The translations under genes were made by a program, and so were the position numbers. A DNA stretch of 64,000 bases from Eledone cirrhosa (lineage: Eukaryota), in assembly GCA_964016885.1 (NCBI GenBank), contig OZ024741.1, forward strand, positions 193,440,001-193,504,000. The letters are read 5' to 3'. The notes under the pieces are model-generated. The model ran no database searches and was not told the DNA's origin. It was given only the letters and a program-made list of their open reading frames with translations. Of the stretch, positions 14,603-28,334 are shown piece after piece (within the stretch, counting starts at the first letter, position 1; the number at the start of each line of letters is the position of its first letter).

Positions 14603-15164
14603 ATATATATTTAATGAAAATAAAAGTTACGGGCGAAAGAGGGTAATATCCATCGTCAGTTATCTGCTAAGAATCATAGGTATTTCTTCGTGTTAGAGAC
14701 AAGATACCTCAGCCTAGGGCGAACAATAACTAAAATAAGTTATTTGGGATAAAAAAAGGGGGGAGAGAGAGAAAAAAATGTAAACAGACATGAAGGGTGA
14801 AGCAACGTAAAGAGAGGAACATTTTCAAGTCAACAACTCATTTCGAACATAAGATCTGGCGAGTGTGACGAAAGAAAAAAGACATGTCTTCACTGTAGCC
14901 GTGTGAGCGAGAGAAGAGACTGCTTACAGTGGCGGACGAGGGAGGAAATGAGCTAGCGGAGAGAGGGTGACTAGCAGAGAGGGGGTGAGTGAAAGTAAGA
15001 GGAAACGAGAAAGAGATAGTTATAGTGGCAGGCTATCCGAGAGAAGGTGACTAGCAGAGGGGGTGAGCGAAAGTAAGAGGGAGAAGGAGAGAGAATGGGG
15101 AGAGATAGGATAGCAACAAGGGGAGAGAAAAGAGACGGGTCATAGCGGAGAAGGAAACTTATAA

Positions 15165-15299
15165 GAATAAAATGGCGAGCTGTGTGGTTGCAATTAAGTA
15201 TAATGAAAATAAAAGTTACGGCCGAAAGAGGATAATATTCGCCCGTAACTCTTATTTTCATTATACTTAATTGCAACCACACAGCTCGCTATTTTATTC
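15165..15299. repeat. ~135-bp fold-back palindrome next to (TA)n
   Basis: Arms gaataaaatggcgagctgtgtggttgcaattaagtataatgaaaat.. and their reverse complement; part of the arm also at 14612-14650. Confidence 0.9.
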
Positions 15300-15373
15300 A
15301 TATATATATATATATAGTTTGGATGGGACCACCTATATAAACTAGCATATTTGAAGAAGTGTCGATTAGTCAA

Positions 15374-15455
<82 letters not shown>

Positions 15456-15659
15456 ACTCGAAAGTAGAGTTTTGAAACGCGAGTGTATAGGAATCTCAGG
15501 AAAATGGGAAAACTCGGCGTATGGAAGCTGTTACAACAGCAAAATACTGTCGAAACGGCGTTGGATAAAATATTACCTCGAAGGACAGAAATCAGCGGCT
15601 AGATGTGAATTGGCTCGAAGGAAGGAAGAGAAAATAGGAACGCGGACTAAATATCTTCT

Positions 15660-17262
15660 TTGACTTTAGGTAGTCTCAAGTTACAACTTGAGACTACCTA
15701 AAGTCAAAGAAGCCCACACACTTGGAAGGTCTAGGTCAACCTACAGGATAAATTGGGAAGCATTGGTGGATGAAGAAATCAGGACCAGGTATGATGATGC
15801 TATTGCATCCAAATTCAGAGAACTTCCAGAGCAAACTAAGAACGTTGAGACAGAGTGGAGATTGTTCAGCTCAGCAGTTTCTGTTCTAGCTGTTAAATGC
15901 TGCGGGCGAAAGAGGATAATGTGATGCCGGATGGCTGGAGGACCTCTTGGTTCAATCAAGAAACAAAATCAAGGCTTACAAATCTTGGCTAGGAAATAAG
16001 TCCTCTTTCTTGAACTTGCAGTGCAAGCAGGCACGGAGAATCGCAGTAGTGACAGTAAAGGCATTCAAGGTTAAGAGATGGGAGGAGTTTAGGCTTAAGC
16101 TGGAATCCGACTTCTGATCAGCAAATAAATTTTCTGGCAGACCATCCGCTGACTTCGTAATAAGAAGTCCTCCTTCACACTTGCTATCAAGGACGCGTCT
16201 TGGGTTCTCCTGTCTTCGGAGAGGTGGAGAGAATACTTTACTGATCTCCTAAATCCGATCACAACAGCATTTTCTGATGTACACAAAGTTCATCTGGGAG
16301 CGGTGACTAATCACTCAGAGGCTGAGGTCACAAGAGCAGTTAAAAAGCTCGAATATGGCACAGCTGCTTGGGAAGATGAAATCTGCCTCGAGATGTTAAA
16401 AGCCTGAAATAGAGAAGTTACTTTTTGGCTGACTCGCCTGTGCTGGGTGGGCTGGATCTCTGGAAAGGCACCTAAGCAATGGCAATTGAGAGTGATAGTC
16501 TCAATTTTCAAAAAGCTAGACAAGAGTGATCATTCCAATTACAGAGGGATCTCCTTGTTAAGCTTCCCCGTTAAAGTCTATGCTAAGTGTCTGGCAAAAA
16601 GTTAACTGATGAACAATGTGGTGTTTGCCCCGGACGCAGCACAGCCGATCAAATATTCACACTGTGGCAGGTCCTCAAGAAATCGTGGGAGCATTGCCAA
16701 GAGGTATATTCTTGTTTTGTCGACCTTGAAAAGGCATATGATCGCGTTTCTCAAAACCTGTTGTGGAAGGCTGTATGTGATCGATTGTCAGCTTCTTGCT
16801 GCCCTGATATCACTATACAAATGCCTGAGTATTTGTGTTCGCATAAATGGTGCTAAACAGAAACCATTCAATGTGAAAGTCGGACACCACAAAGGGTGCA
16901 TACTGTCACCTCTCATGTTCATTAGCAGTATCGGTAGAGGGTCGGACGCCATCCTTTGACGCAAATAGATACGGCTCTTGCCATTCTGAGTTCAAATCCC
17001 GCCGAGGTTAACTTTGCCTTTCATCCTTACGGGGTCGATAAAATAAAGTTCCAGTAATGCACTGAATAATTGCTGGCCTTGTGCCAAAAGCAGAAACAAT
17101 TATTTACATGAACAAGATTGACAGGCGCAGTTAGGTTGGAAGTGGTATCATGACTCTCAGGAAAGAATCCCTAGACAGATTTTACGGGCAAAACCAAACA
17201 GCAAGAGACCCAGAGGTAGACCCCGTGCAAGATGGCTGGTTTATATCCATGAGTGTGGCTTC
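15660..17262 (+). mobile_element. RTE-clade LINE, decayed and internally deleted
   Basis: RWREYFTDLLNP, NYRGISLLS, EQCG..GRSTADQIFTL, FVDLEKAYDRV, GCILSPLMF, C-terminal RPRGRP; (GAA)n tail. Confidence 0.85.
16921..17098 (+). mobile_element. SINE family A inserted in the RTE RT
   Basis: B-box GAGTTCAAATCC and 3' GGCCTTGTGCCAAAAG..GAAACAATT; interrupts LMFI/IYMNKI. Confidence 0.9.
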
Positions 17263-17429
17263 AAGAAGAAGAAGAAGAAGAAGAAGAAGAAGAAGAAGAA
17301 GAAGAAGAAGAAGAAGAAGAAGAAGAAGAAGAAGAAGAAGAAGAAGAAGAAGAAGAAGAAGAAGAAGAAGAAGAAGAAGAAGAAGAAGAAGAAGAAGAAG
17401 AAGAAGAAGAAGAAGAAGAAGAAGAAGAA
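17263..17429. repeat. (GAA)n microsatellite (expanded RTE tail)
   Basis: Direct repeat; the related RTE at 57053-58120 also ends in (GAA)n. Confidence 0.95.
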
Positions 17430-18191
17430 TGTTTGTGTGTATAAATGATAAAAATATAAATCTCTCCCACTGACACTCACACATACACTCAGTATCCGTG
17501 GCAAAATGGCCTCATATTGTATTATAAAAAAATAAAAGATATATAAATAAAATATAAAAATAAAATATATAAAAAAATATATAAAAAAATAAAATATATA
17601 AAAAAAATAAAAGCAAACGCTATATAATATTGCTATATGCTGAACTCCATACATTTTTGTAGAGTTTTTTTCGGAATGTTTTGACTGCTGTTTCTTGTAA
17701 ACAGTCATTCGTCTCATTCTGACGTCACCAGCCATGTTTCTCCATGTGTGTTTATTTTCATAATTCCGCACGAGGTGAACTAGCCTGCTTTTAAATTCCC
17801 TTTCTGGCATATTTTGGCAGTGGTATTTTGGTTATCGTGTTGAGCTCTACTGATGAACGATTCCAACCGTGACTAATCCCACTGAAAAGTTTCGTGAAAT
17901 AGTCTTTTTAAGACTATATAGAGCATTTGTAGTTTTTCCAAATTGAAGGATGAGTATTTAAACTTTATTTTATTCTGAGTTAAGACTCTATTGGTTTTTT
18001 CCCTGGATTTCACAAAATCTGTGGATAAAACCTGTCTTGATTCTTTTTTAATTGAGTTTGAATTATTTTCCCATATCTTACGTTAAATATTTTCCATTTT
18101 GACGTTATAGTCACTTATATATTATGAAATACTGTTGGCTTCTTGCTCACATTAATTTCTCTATTTTCATTTATGTATATATGTGTGTGTG

Positions 18192-18232
<41 letters not shown>

Positions 18233-18899
18233 ACTTATGTGCATGTACGCGCGTGTATTTGTATGTGTATGTGTGTATGTATGTCGGGTTGTGTGTTTGT
18301 ACGTATGTTATGTCCTCATTCTTTTGTTGCGTACGTGCGTCCGTATATTTGAATGTGTACGCATGAATTTTATATATGTATAGGCTTGTGTGGGTATGTC
18401 TGTGGCTATATATGTGTATGTGTATATATGTGTATATGTATATATGTATATATATGTGTGTGTATATGTTGGTGTATGTATATATATATATATGCATATT
18501 GTGTGTGTGTTTGTATGTATCCGTTTTTAGGTATGTTTATTTATATTTTTTTTTATCCATTTAATTATTCCCCTCCCACCCCACCTTTCGTTGTTAACAC
18601 GTCCCTTTATGCTTTTATTTATATTTTTATATTTGTTTTTTTAAATTTTATTTATTCATATCTGTTCCCCTACTACCTCCCAATGTACCTTGTAGTATCA
18701 TGCCTTACGTGTGATTAAGCGTAAGTGTGCGTGTGTCTGAACTTTTGTACGTCTGTGTATACGTGTGTACATAGGCAGATGTGCGTATGTATGTTTACAC
18801 ATGTTTGTATGTGGATGAGTAGATATATGTATGTGTGTATGTATGTATATATATATATATACACACACATATATGTATATATATATATATACACACACA

Positions 18900-18980
<81 letters not shown>

Positions 18981-18983
<3 letters not shown>

Positions 18984-21012
18984 TAGGAGGTGAGTAATAT
19001 GATAGAACAATAAAACTATGCATATATCAGATAAGTAGCACTCAACAGTGGGTAGAACTGAAATATATATAAAGAAGAAATTAAAAGATGGTTAAAAAAG
19101 TTCCATATATTTTATTATGCGCATTTCGAAAACAACATCATCCTGGGACAAAAATTGTGTTCTCATCAGATAAAATAAGGTAACATGATATGAGGCCTAA
19201 AAACACTTGTGAACAAGAAAGTGTCCAGTCTACATATGACAAAAATATAAGAGAAGAGAAAAAATAGGAAAAATGATTGTTTGAGCGCTAACTCTTATAT
19301 CGGATACTATTGATGGTCTCTACTTCTATTATAACATGGATTACTACAGCATCACAACTTCACTTAAAAACATACCTATTCCGGGAAAAACTGAATACAC
19401 AAAACATTTGATAGAATCGTGCGGAGACTTAGATGGATCGCATATTTCCATGACCAGCGCTTAAAAGGAAATTTTTATAGAAAGGAACATAATAACCTCG
19501 ATTCGTTTAATAAAAACTTAGCACATTTTGAAAATGACTTAATTATAAGAGGACTTAAATTAAAAAAAAAACCTTATCGAGGCCAGGGACACCTAATCAA
19601 CATTAAGAATAAAATTGATTACCTTAATTCTTCTAAAAACGTTTTAGTTCATTCTGACAAAACAAATAATTTATACGGCACAAGTAAGGATAAATATAAT
19701 AACCTTATCCTTAAAGAACTAAGAAAAAATTATCGCAAAACCACCCACGATAATCTTGAGTCTATTAATTTCGAAGCATATGAGATTATTACCAAACTTG
19801 GTATTGAAAAGAACAGAACCCTTCTTCCCAAGAATTCAGAAGATTAGTCTGAAAGATCACAAAACAAATTTTCGAACCGACTTGCCTGAAAGACTAATTG
19901 CCCCTTCTAAATCTGACCTGGGGTTATTAGTAAATCTATCTCGGATAGAATTATCCCACCGGTTAGTTCTAAATCTCAATTAAATTTATGGTCGGGTACT
20001 TCTGATGTGATAGACTGGTTCAATGACCTGAATAATAAAAACAAACTAAAATTTATCAGTTAGACATTGCTAGCTATTACTCCTCTATTTCTCCTTCACT
20101 CCTTAACAAGGCTCTCTCATATGCGTCTAAAATATCGGACATCACTTTTGATGAATTGAACATCATTCTCACCGCAAGGAAAACCATCCTGGAATTTAAC
20201 AATGAATATTGGACAAGAGCGGATACTTCCAATAATTTCGACATCACCATGGGTTCGTCGGATTCAGCTCAATTGACAGACTTGGTTGGAATTTTCATCT
20301 TGAACTCTTTAAATCGGAAAATTCCTCAACTTCGCGGTGGAATATATCGTGATGATGCTCTTTTTACTGTCTTAAATTGTAACAAAGTAAACTTTAATAT
20401 TATTAAGAATAATATACTTGAACTATTTAAGCATCTTAACCTAAAACTAGAATTCGAGAATAATGATAAATTAGCAAATTTCCTGGATATATCCTTTAAT
20501 CTAGATACCGGCCTATATTACCCATACCATAAGGATAATGAGAACCTAATTATGTTAACTTTAAATCAAACCACCCTAATAATGTTAAAACTTCTATAGA
20601 CAGAAGTGTTGAAAAAAGAATTTCTAATTTATCCTCTAATAAACATATCGTTGATGCTAATGCCAACTATTATAATAATGCGTTATCTAGGGCTGGATAT
20701 CCAGACAAAATTAGATACACTAAGGAAACTAATCTTGGCAGAACTTATAGTAATGTATCTAGTAATAATCATACCAGTAACATAAAGAGGAGACCTAGAT
20801 ATAAAAATGTCCTTTGGTACAACGCTCCCTTCTCTCTTTCACTTATTAGTAATATCCCTAAATTATTTTTTAGGGCTTTAAATAACAGCTTCCGCCCTTC
20901 ACATATATATAGCAAGATTTTTAATAAGCATACCATTAAATTCTCATATTCCACTACTTCCAACATTTCTAAAATTATCTCAAGACATAATTCTAAAATA
21001 TTAAATAATAAC
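18981..21012 (+). mobile_element. Penelope-like element (Naiad-like) RT, frameshifted, with inverted 5' pLTR; 3' part lost
   Basis: From ATG 19336: SLKNIPIP, SDKTNNLY, LKDHK, RLIAPSKSDLG, DIASYY, MGSSDSAQLTDLVG, YRDDAL, NFLDISFNL, WYNAPFS, IFNKHTIKFSYS. Confidence 0.88.
19108..19177 (-). ncRNA. Type I minimal hammerhead ribozyme
   Basis: tattttat-CTGATGA-gaacac..gttttc-GAAA-tgcgc-ATA-ataaaata; related to 14417. Confidence 0.75.
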
Positions 21013-21049
21013 TCATATGCATCCAACCATGAGAGTCATAATAATAACA

Positions 21050-21900
21050 CCTGCGACTGGCCAGCTCAGCGCATATGGTGGTGAGTAGGGAGGTAGCCCT
21101 AGGGCCGAGGACACCAGAAGTCTCCACTGCCAAGGGTACAACCGCAAACCTGTCGGAGAGCGAGCGGTATTTGAAGAGTTTGGCCTCCTCAGCCCGACGT
21201 GCAGCAGAACCTGGGTTAGTCGCAAACTGTACCAGGTTGCGGCCGGGGAAAGTGTCGGTGTAAGTGGAATCCCAGACGGGGGATTTGCCACCGCGGAACG
21301 GAAAGATGGTCATGCCATCTGGCCTTTTGCCGTCCCCTCGGTTCAGCACACCGGCTCGAGCTGGGAAGGGAAGCCTGCAGCGTCCAAGCCATGCTTTATG
21401 ACTTCGTTGAGGGCAGCATGGCATGGAAGGCGGCCGGCACTGGCGATAGGAAACGGGTGGAGGCCGAAAGAGTCCACGGTGGATCCACAGCGACATTGGT
21501 GTGGCTCGCAGATCCGGAGGCTGAGCCTCAAGGAAACGCCGATGCGCAGCCTATCGTTATCCAGCTGTGTGCCAGTGGAGAAGGAGAGTAAGGCATGGAG
21601 CCAGGCACCACTGTCGGGTTTGGAGGCCGCACGAAAACAAGCAAGGCGGAGCTGGACGAGCTGGCGCGTGAACCTGTCTGAAACCAGGCTGCATCGCAAA
21701 TGTTTTGGAGGGCTTGGCGTCAGCAGGGAGAGGAGGAGGGACGTCTACTGGGCTAAGTCCCAGCCGGTCCCTCATCTCTCAGGCGGCCTCACGTTCCCCG
21801 ATCACAGAGGGTTCTATTGTGATTTGGAGAACCCTGTTGACGAGGATGCGGCATGAGGTTACCGACGAAAGAAACGCCGGCAAAGCCAGTGATATCGGAC
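21050..21900 (-). mobile_element. CRE-clade LINE fragment (zinc finger plus restriction-like endonuclease), GC-rich
   Basis: DSGAWLHAL..IGVSLRL..CRCGSTVDSFGLH, KRPDGMTIFPF, AARRAEEAKLFKY, PLAVETSGVLGP. Confidence 0.8.
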
Positions 21901-21945
21901 ATACATACATACATACATACATACATACATACATACATACATACA

Positions 21946-21974
<29 letters not shown>
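21900..21974. repeat. (CATA)n microsatellite
   Basis: Direct repeat. Confidence 0.97.
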
Positions 21975-21976
<2 letters not shown>

Positions 21977-22400
21977 GGAGAACTGATGAGAAATCTGCAG
22001 ATACTCCACCCTGATTACACCTTCAGATTTATGCCTGTGATTATTGGGGCACTGGGGTATGTTAGTAACTGCCTCAATACAAATCTTGAGAAGCTAGGTT
22101 TCAGAGGAACAGAAAGAACACGACTAGTTAGGAAATTACAAGTACAATCCATTAATGGAACAGTAAAAATATGTAAAACATTCCAAAAATGTTGCATCTA
22201 ATAACTGCATATACACATGTACAGATACAAAGCATATACACATGCACACATACAACTCAAAACATACACATACACACATACAATAACATCTACCTAGTTG
22301 GTGTTGTGTAAATTCCGATGAGGGAGTCTTGTGTCTATGTTAGAAACCGACTCTCTCTTTATTGGGAAAAAATTTGTGAAATTATAAAACCATAAGAACA
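21975..22400 (+). mobile_element. R4-like LINE 3' end (short 5'-truncated copy)
   Basis: ELMRNLQILHPDYTFRFMPVIIGALG.., nearly identical to 24685-24790; bounded by CATA repeats on both sides. Confidence 0.8.
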
Positions 22401-22419
22401 TACAAACATACATACATAG

Positions 22420-24790
22420 ATGCAGTGTGGCTAAGAGAAATCCGAAAGAACTATTGCTCCTACACCACAACAAAAACATACGAAATAAGTGAGGGTACCC
22501 TTGAGACTGTGATAGGAAAACTCCAAGATAAGAAAACACCAGGAAGAGACATGATTGTCGGCTACTGGTACAAAAAAATGATATTCTATCGGAGGTATCT
22601 TACCGACCTCTACCAACAAGTTCTTAAGGGGGATACACTTATACCAGAATGGTTGACATTAGCACAAACATTACTGGTCCCCAAGAACAAAGACACCCAC
22701 TTGGCAAAAAACTACCGACCATTACATGCCAGAACCTGATGTATAAGATGTATACAGCCTGCCTGAACCTATTCCTTCAAGATCACTGTGAAAATAATAA
22801 CATCATCACAGATGAACAAGCAGCTGGAAAGAAAGGGGGTTTGGGGATGTGCTGAACAACTCCTAATCAGCAAAACTGCGATGTCGGAGGTGCGACAACT
22901 TACGAGGAATATGACTACAGTCTGGCTGGACTACAGGAAAGCTTTTGATTCTGTTCTCCACTCTTGGATGATAGAGGCCCTCGAACTTGCTAAAGTCCCA
23001 GACATTATTGTCAGAGCCATAGAGAAGCTGTCTTCTTCTTGGGCTACTATCCTAAGGTTAAAGACAGAGAGGGAGGACTCTATTTTCACTGATAAAATAG
23101 AATAGTGCAGGGGTGATTTTCAGGGAGACAGTCTCTCTGTGATATTATTCATCTTGTCATTAAATCCCTTGTCCTTTCTGCTCAAGAAATGTGAGGGATA
23201 CATCATTGGCTCACAGGAGGACAGAAATACGAACCTAACCCATAATTTCTTTGTGGACGATCTGAAACTCTATGCCAAGAACATGGATGGGATGAAGAAA
23301 AATCTTGACCTGGTTACAACGTTCTCAAAGGATATAGCAATGGAGTTTGGCCAAGATAAATGATCATACATGACAACCCAATCTAGCAACATACTCATCA
23401 ATGGCCTAACTGTTTCACCGATATCTGATGAGGACTGCTACAGATACCTGGAGATAGATGAGAACATATCCTATAATGGTATCTGTAATAAAGAACGCGT
23501 AACCAAGGAATACAACACCCGATTAAGAAAGATCTGGTCATCGGAACTCTCTGCGCAAAACAAAACAGTGGCTCACAATGTGTTTGCTGTGCCTGTCCTA
23601 ACACCAACGTTTGGAATACTCAAATGGACGATAGACGAAATCCAAGCAGTTGATGTTGGAACTCGAAAAATACTGAACAATACCGGAAACTTCCACGTCA
23701 ACAGTGACATAGACCGCCTTTACTTGAAACGTAAGCAGGGGGGCAGGGGCCTAACATCAGTCCAGATAACATTTGAATGTCGCATCATATCCCCCCGACA
23801 ACATCTACGAACCTCGAAGCGTAGGAGCCCGTTTCTCGAGCAAGTCTATCTGTATGAAACAGATAAGATCATGAGAGTTGGGAGGGAACTCCTCGAGAGA
23901 TATTCCCTGTATGATAATCAAATACTCACACCCAGGGAAGTCGCTCAGCAGTATCGCAGTGAATCCATGGATGAAAAACTGCATGCCTATCAGCAAAAAA
24001 TCATGCATGGATATGTTGCCAGGAATCTCCAGAGTGAAAGTAATATAGATAAGGAACGTAGTCTATCTTGGACCAACAACCGCTATATTGGCTCCCACTT
24101 TGAAGGAAATACTTGATTCACAAAAGAGATAGGGATGCAGGCAAAATACCTAGATGTGATAACAAGTGCAGACTCTGCAGAACTAACATCGAGGATATCA
24201 CCCATGTCATTAACAGCTGTCCAAAGATGTCATTGCGGTACTATCTACCTATGAGGCATGATGTAGTGGCCAAAAGACTGTACAATGCCGTTCGTAAAAA
24301 GGATAGCCCCGATAATCAACACATTAAAAGCTACAGCAATGTGGAAGACATCCATATACATAATATGAAAGAGTACTGGTGGAATGTTCCAGTAAAAACC
24401 CCAATAAAATGCAGGAATAACAGACAAGATATTATGATATGGGAGAGGGAAAAGAAGGCATGCACAGTAGTGGAAGTTAGCTGCCCAGCAGATGCCAATA
24501 TAATTGTTTCTACTTTAGGCACAAGGCCAGCAATTATCTAGTACATTACTGGTACTTTATTTTATCGACCCCGTAAGGATGAAAGGCAAAGTCAACCTCG
24601 GCGGGATTTGAACTCAGATCGTAAGGGGACGCAACAGATGCCAATATAATATCAAAGATTAGTGAAAAGGAGAACATTTGTGCAGAACTGATGAGAAATC
24701 TGCAGATACTCCACCCTGATTACACCTTCAGATTTATACCTGTGATTATTGGGGCACTGGGATATGTTAGTAACTGCCTCAATACAAATT
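22420..24790 (+). mobile_element. R4/Dong-like LINE (RT plus RLE), decayed
   Basis: TPGRD, KNYRP, WLDYRKAFDSV, FQGDSLS, FFVDDLKLYA, DIDRLYLKRKQGGRGL, CRLC..EDITHVINSC..RHD, VVEVSCP. Confidence 0.88.
24505..24634 (-). mobile_element. SINE family A, 5'-truncated, 16-bp TSD
   Basis: CAGATGCCAATATAAT at 24489-24504 and 24635-24650. Confidence 0.9.
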
Positions 24791-25966
24791 TACGGGTCCA
24801 TAAATATGTACAATTTGGTTTCTATTGTCGTCGTCATTTAGCTCACGACCAGCTCTAATGTAGCTAGCATACAATCAAGTGTGTTTCGGTTATGACTATC
24901 CTGTCTTTTTTTTTTTTTTTTTTTTCATAAATATTCTATCTGGAAATACATTAGTTAATATGTCGTTCTTTAAGAAAGTCAGCTGTGGTATGGGAGTGAT
25001 TGTACTGCTATTTTATTGCTGTTGTTTACCAAAGGCTTAGTCATAACCAAGCTAAGCAAAAATGCAGCTATCATGACACTGCCGTTTGTTTTTAGTAATA
25101 GTGTTTCTGGAACTATATTACTTAAAGTCTAGTTTCTATTATGTGATTTCAAGAAGTTTCGTCTGCTATTTCTAGGAGATCGAGTTATCACGTAAACGCT
25201 GCATTATTGCTGCATATGTAGAAGTTGTTATTGTTGTTATTGTTTTGCCTCGGTACAACCCTGATCCAATAGACCTATGTTCAAAGGGATCCCAACCGTG
25301 ACCATTTATTTTCTTTAGGGCATAGTGTATCTAGGATTACATTATCGAATGTATAATTACTTCTTATATTGTTGTACAACGTGATGATTTAGCCGGAAGT
25401 AGATCTGTGTTGCTGTCATATTGATTCGTGATGTCTTCCATGTTGTTTCGTGTTAACAAGAATCCGTGTTTTGTTTGTCGGGATTTATTCAAAAACAGCA
25501 TGCCGTGTGAAAAGCAATCTGAAAATAGCTATATTCCTAAATTGCAATTCAAAGAACGTAATTTGCTCTATTTTCTCTCGGTTTTCTCTCTGTTTCTTTC
25601 TCTCGTTTGTGTCTACTTTGCTACAAGTTACCTTTCCACTCTAGAACTCTCGGTACGTAAATGTAGATAGATATGTGGCTAATCCTCTGCCCTTACTTTA
25701 ACTAATGCTTGTGCCATCTATGTAGGAAAATCACAAATACCAATATCAAGTTAAAACTGCCAAAAACTACGGTTAGTATTAAAAGCTTAATTCAAATCCG
25801 GTCCCACTTAAATAATTATTACTTTTTCTACGCGTACGCACTTGTAAACACATATACGCGTAAAGTACTCACATCAATGGGAAAGCCTCTAGAAATAGCT
25901 GCTAAATCTGTGGTTAATTTTGTCATTTTTTTAACTATTTATACCACACACACACACACACACACG

Positions 25967-26010
<44 letters not shown>

Positions 26011-26160
26011 TAAATAAATATATATAATAAATGCAATATGAGTTTTTCGAATATTAATAACATTCGATTCGTTTGCAATTGTGCAAACAAGCCTCAATTA
26101 TATAGCCATGTCAGTAGAATGAACACTTCATTCTTACTCTTGTGTTGGCAGGCGAACAGA

Positions 26161-26207
26161 ACTGCAGACGCTAATGTTTCTGGGTATCACCCTTCATCAG
26201 TACAGCT
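26161..26207 (-). ncRNA. Type I hammerhead ribozyme
   Basis: ctgta-CTGATGA-a-gggt/accc-a-GAAA-cattagc-GTC-tgcag. Confidence 0.8.
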
Positions 26208-26525
26208 AATATGCATGTTATAATATCGAATGTTATTATTAATATTCGAAAAACTCAGATTACATTTATTGTATTCAGCCATGTAGAGCGAAATTTTCTT
26301 TTTTTTTATTTGAATTTGGCAAAGCCGGCCATTTATCGCTCGTATACAATAAACTGACTGGCCAGTCTGCTGTTATGCAAATCTGGCTGATCAGTGGATC
26401 TGCTAACATGCAGATCTGACTGATCAGCCAGTCTGCTAATATGCAAATCAGGCCGATCAGTCACTGTGTATTTTTGAAAATAGCATATATTTCCACTAGC
26501 TTTGACAGTTTGGCAGGTGAATAGT

Positions 26526-26575
26526 GAGCTGTACTGATGAAGGGTGATACCCAGAAACATTAGTGTCTGCAGCTC
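26526..26575 (+). ncRNA. Type I hammerhead ribozyme (GUC site)
   Basis: gagctgta-CTGATGA-a-gggt gat accc-a-GAAA-ca ttag t-GTC-tgcagctc; 8-bp stem I and 3-bp stem III. Confidence 0.85.
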
Positions 26576-26740
26576 TGTTCGCATGCCAACACAAGAGCAA
26601 GAATAAAGTGTTCATTCTACTGACATGGCTATAAAGTTGAGGCTTGTTTGCACAATTACAAACGAATCGAATGTTATTATTCATATTCGAAAAACTCAGA
26701 TTACATTTATTGTATTCAGCCATGTAGAGCGAAATTTTCT

Positions 26741-26777
<37 letters not shown>

Positions 26778-27967
26778 TGCCCAGATTTGTGATCCCCCGA
26801 ATATGGCACCGGAGGTTTTATTTATATACATGTTAAGCCTAGTGAAACCCATACTCTGTTCATTTCTGAACACACCCGATTTCCTGTAAAGGAGGGAGAA
26901 AACTACAGAGAAAGTAAGAAAGCAATACAGAGGAAGAATTAACCAAGATACTTTATTTTATCAAACTCGAATGGATGAAATGCAAAGTTGACCTCAGAAC
27001 GCAGAAAACCATAGCCAATACCGCTAACCCTTCTATCTGACGCTCTAACGACTCTGCAAAGTTGCCACCTATAACAACCAAATTACTCCTCGTCAAATAT
27101 TTCAGGAATGAGCCAGTGAGGAAAGTACTGTCTGTAAACTCGACCTTCTTGATAAAGCAACCAAATTTCCTTCCTCTTGCACTATAATGCCCTTAAAGAA
27201 AGGTCACAATCGTTAGTGGAATCCTAGACGCACTTTGTCAATGTTGGAACATTTTAAACAATAGTTCTGATAGGTTGGGGTAAAATAATAATGAGGCCAC
27301 TACTACTAATAGCTAGCAAAAGACTCCAACATTTTGTTCGACCTGCTTCAAATAGTAGCTAAATCTCTCTCAGATTATATCATCCCGTCTTAGCAAGGAC
27401 ATACGCTAGTTAATATACTTCTAGATATGTTAGACTAGGATTGACGTAGCGCTAACAAGTATGATTTGAAGATTTGGTTATTATTTATAGCAAATCGAGC
27501 AGCGATATAGAAGGTCCCTAGCTGGGGTTCAATGGTCGTGTCACAGCTATCTCAGTAGCAGTGTAAAAACGCCAGTCACAAGGGTTTCAGTATTTTTCCA
27601 TCATCAGTGGTGTTTACTCACTGGGTACTAAGAGAAGATTAAGCTAAATCTCATTTACATTTTGCGCATAAAACATTTGCTGAAGAAGTTCATTTGCATA
27701 TAGTGCATGTTTGACATCTTTGGATTAATTAATAGTAGCATGAATATGGCATGGCTCATAATAGAGGTGTATATGAATGCATATATGTAAGTCTCGCTAT
27801 CAGTGTGTTAAACTTGCGTGTATCATGTCACAGTTGTCTCATGCAAGCATAATAACATATACAAGGGCGTCTGTACACGTACACGTGTCTTTGTGCGTGT
27901 ATATATATATATATGTGTGTGTGTGTATCTACATGTGTTTGCGTATGTGTGTATATAAATATATACA

Positions 27968-28014
<47 letters not shown>

Positions 28015-28096
28015 TATGGAATACTGTTAGCTTCTCGCTACAACAATTTCTATACTTTTCATTTATATTTATATTTATATATATATATATATATAT

Positions 28097-28257
28097 ATTG
28101 TTATACTTTGGGAGGTTCATGTTGCCAATAAGAAACACACGCACCAGTTGCTTTCACTTCAACTTATATATTTATAAATTTATAAATTTCTGGTTGGTTG
28201 GTTGGTTTCAACACACGATTTCAGATAAAGAATCTTGCTAAACAAATTCAGAAGCGA
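28097..28257. repeat. Short dispersed repeat between TA tracts; inverted copy at 34066-34206
   Basis: ATTGTTATACTTTGGG..GTTGCCAATAAGAAACACACGCACCAG and TTTCAACACACGATTTCAGATAAAGAATCTTGCTAAAC are shared. Confidence 0.8.
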
Positions 28258-28258
28258 A

Positions 28259-28293
<35 letters not shown>

Positions 28294-28334
28294 CGAAACA
28301 TAAGTCAATTGCATGAACTCATAATCCTTTATTT

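Larger units (their letters stand above)
26030..26745. mobile_element. Non-coding HHR-bearing fold-back unit (PLE pLTR or retrozyme-like) between (TA)n tracts
   Basis: 26030-26207 is inverted relative to 26527-26710; 26226-26305 repeats 26667-26745 directly; ~33-bp internal tandem repeats at 26350-26465. Confidence 0.75.

Noticed and set aside
17850-24720. CTGATGA at 17850, ~21983, ~23425 and ~24688 as hammerheads
   Set aside because: No compatible stems or GAAA/NUH; most lie within LINE coding sequence.
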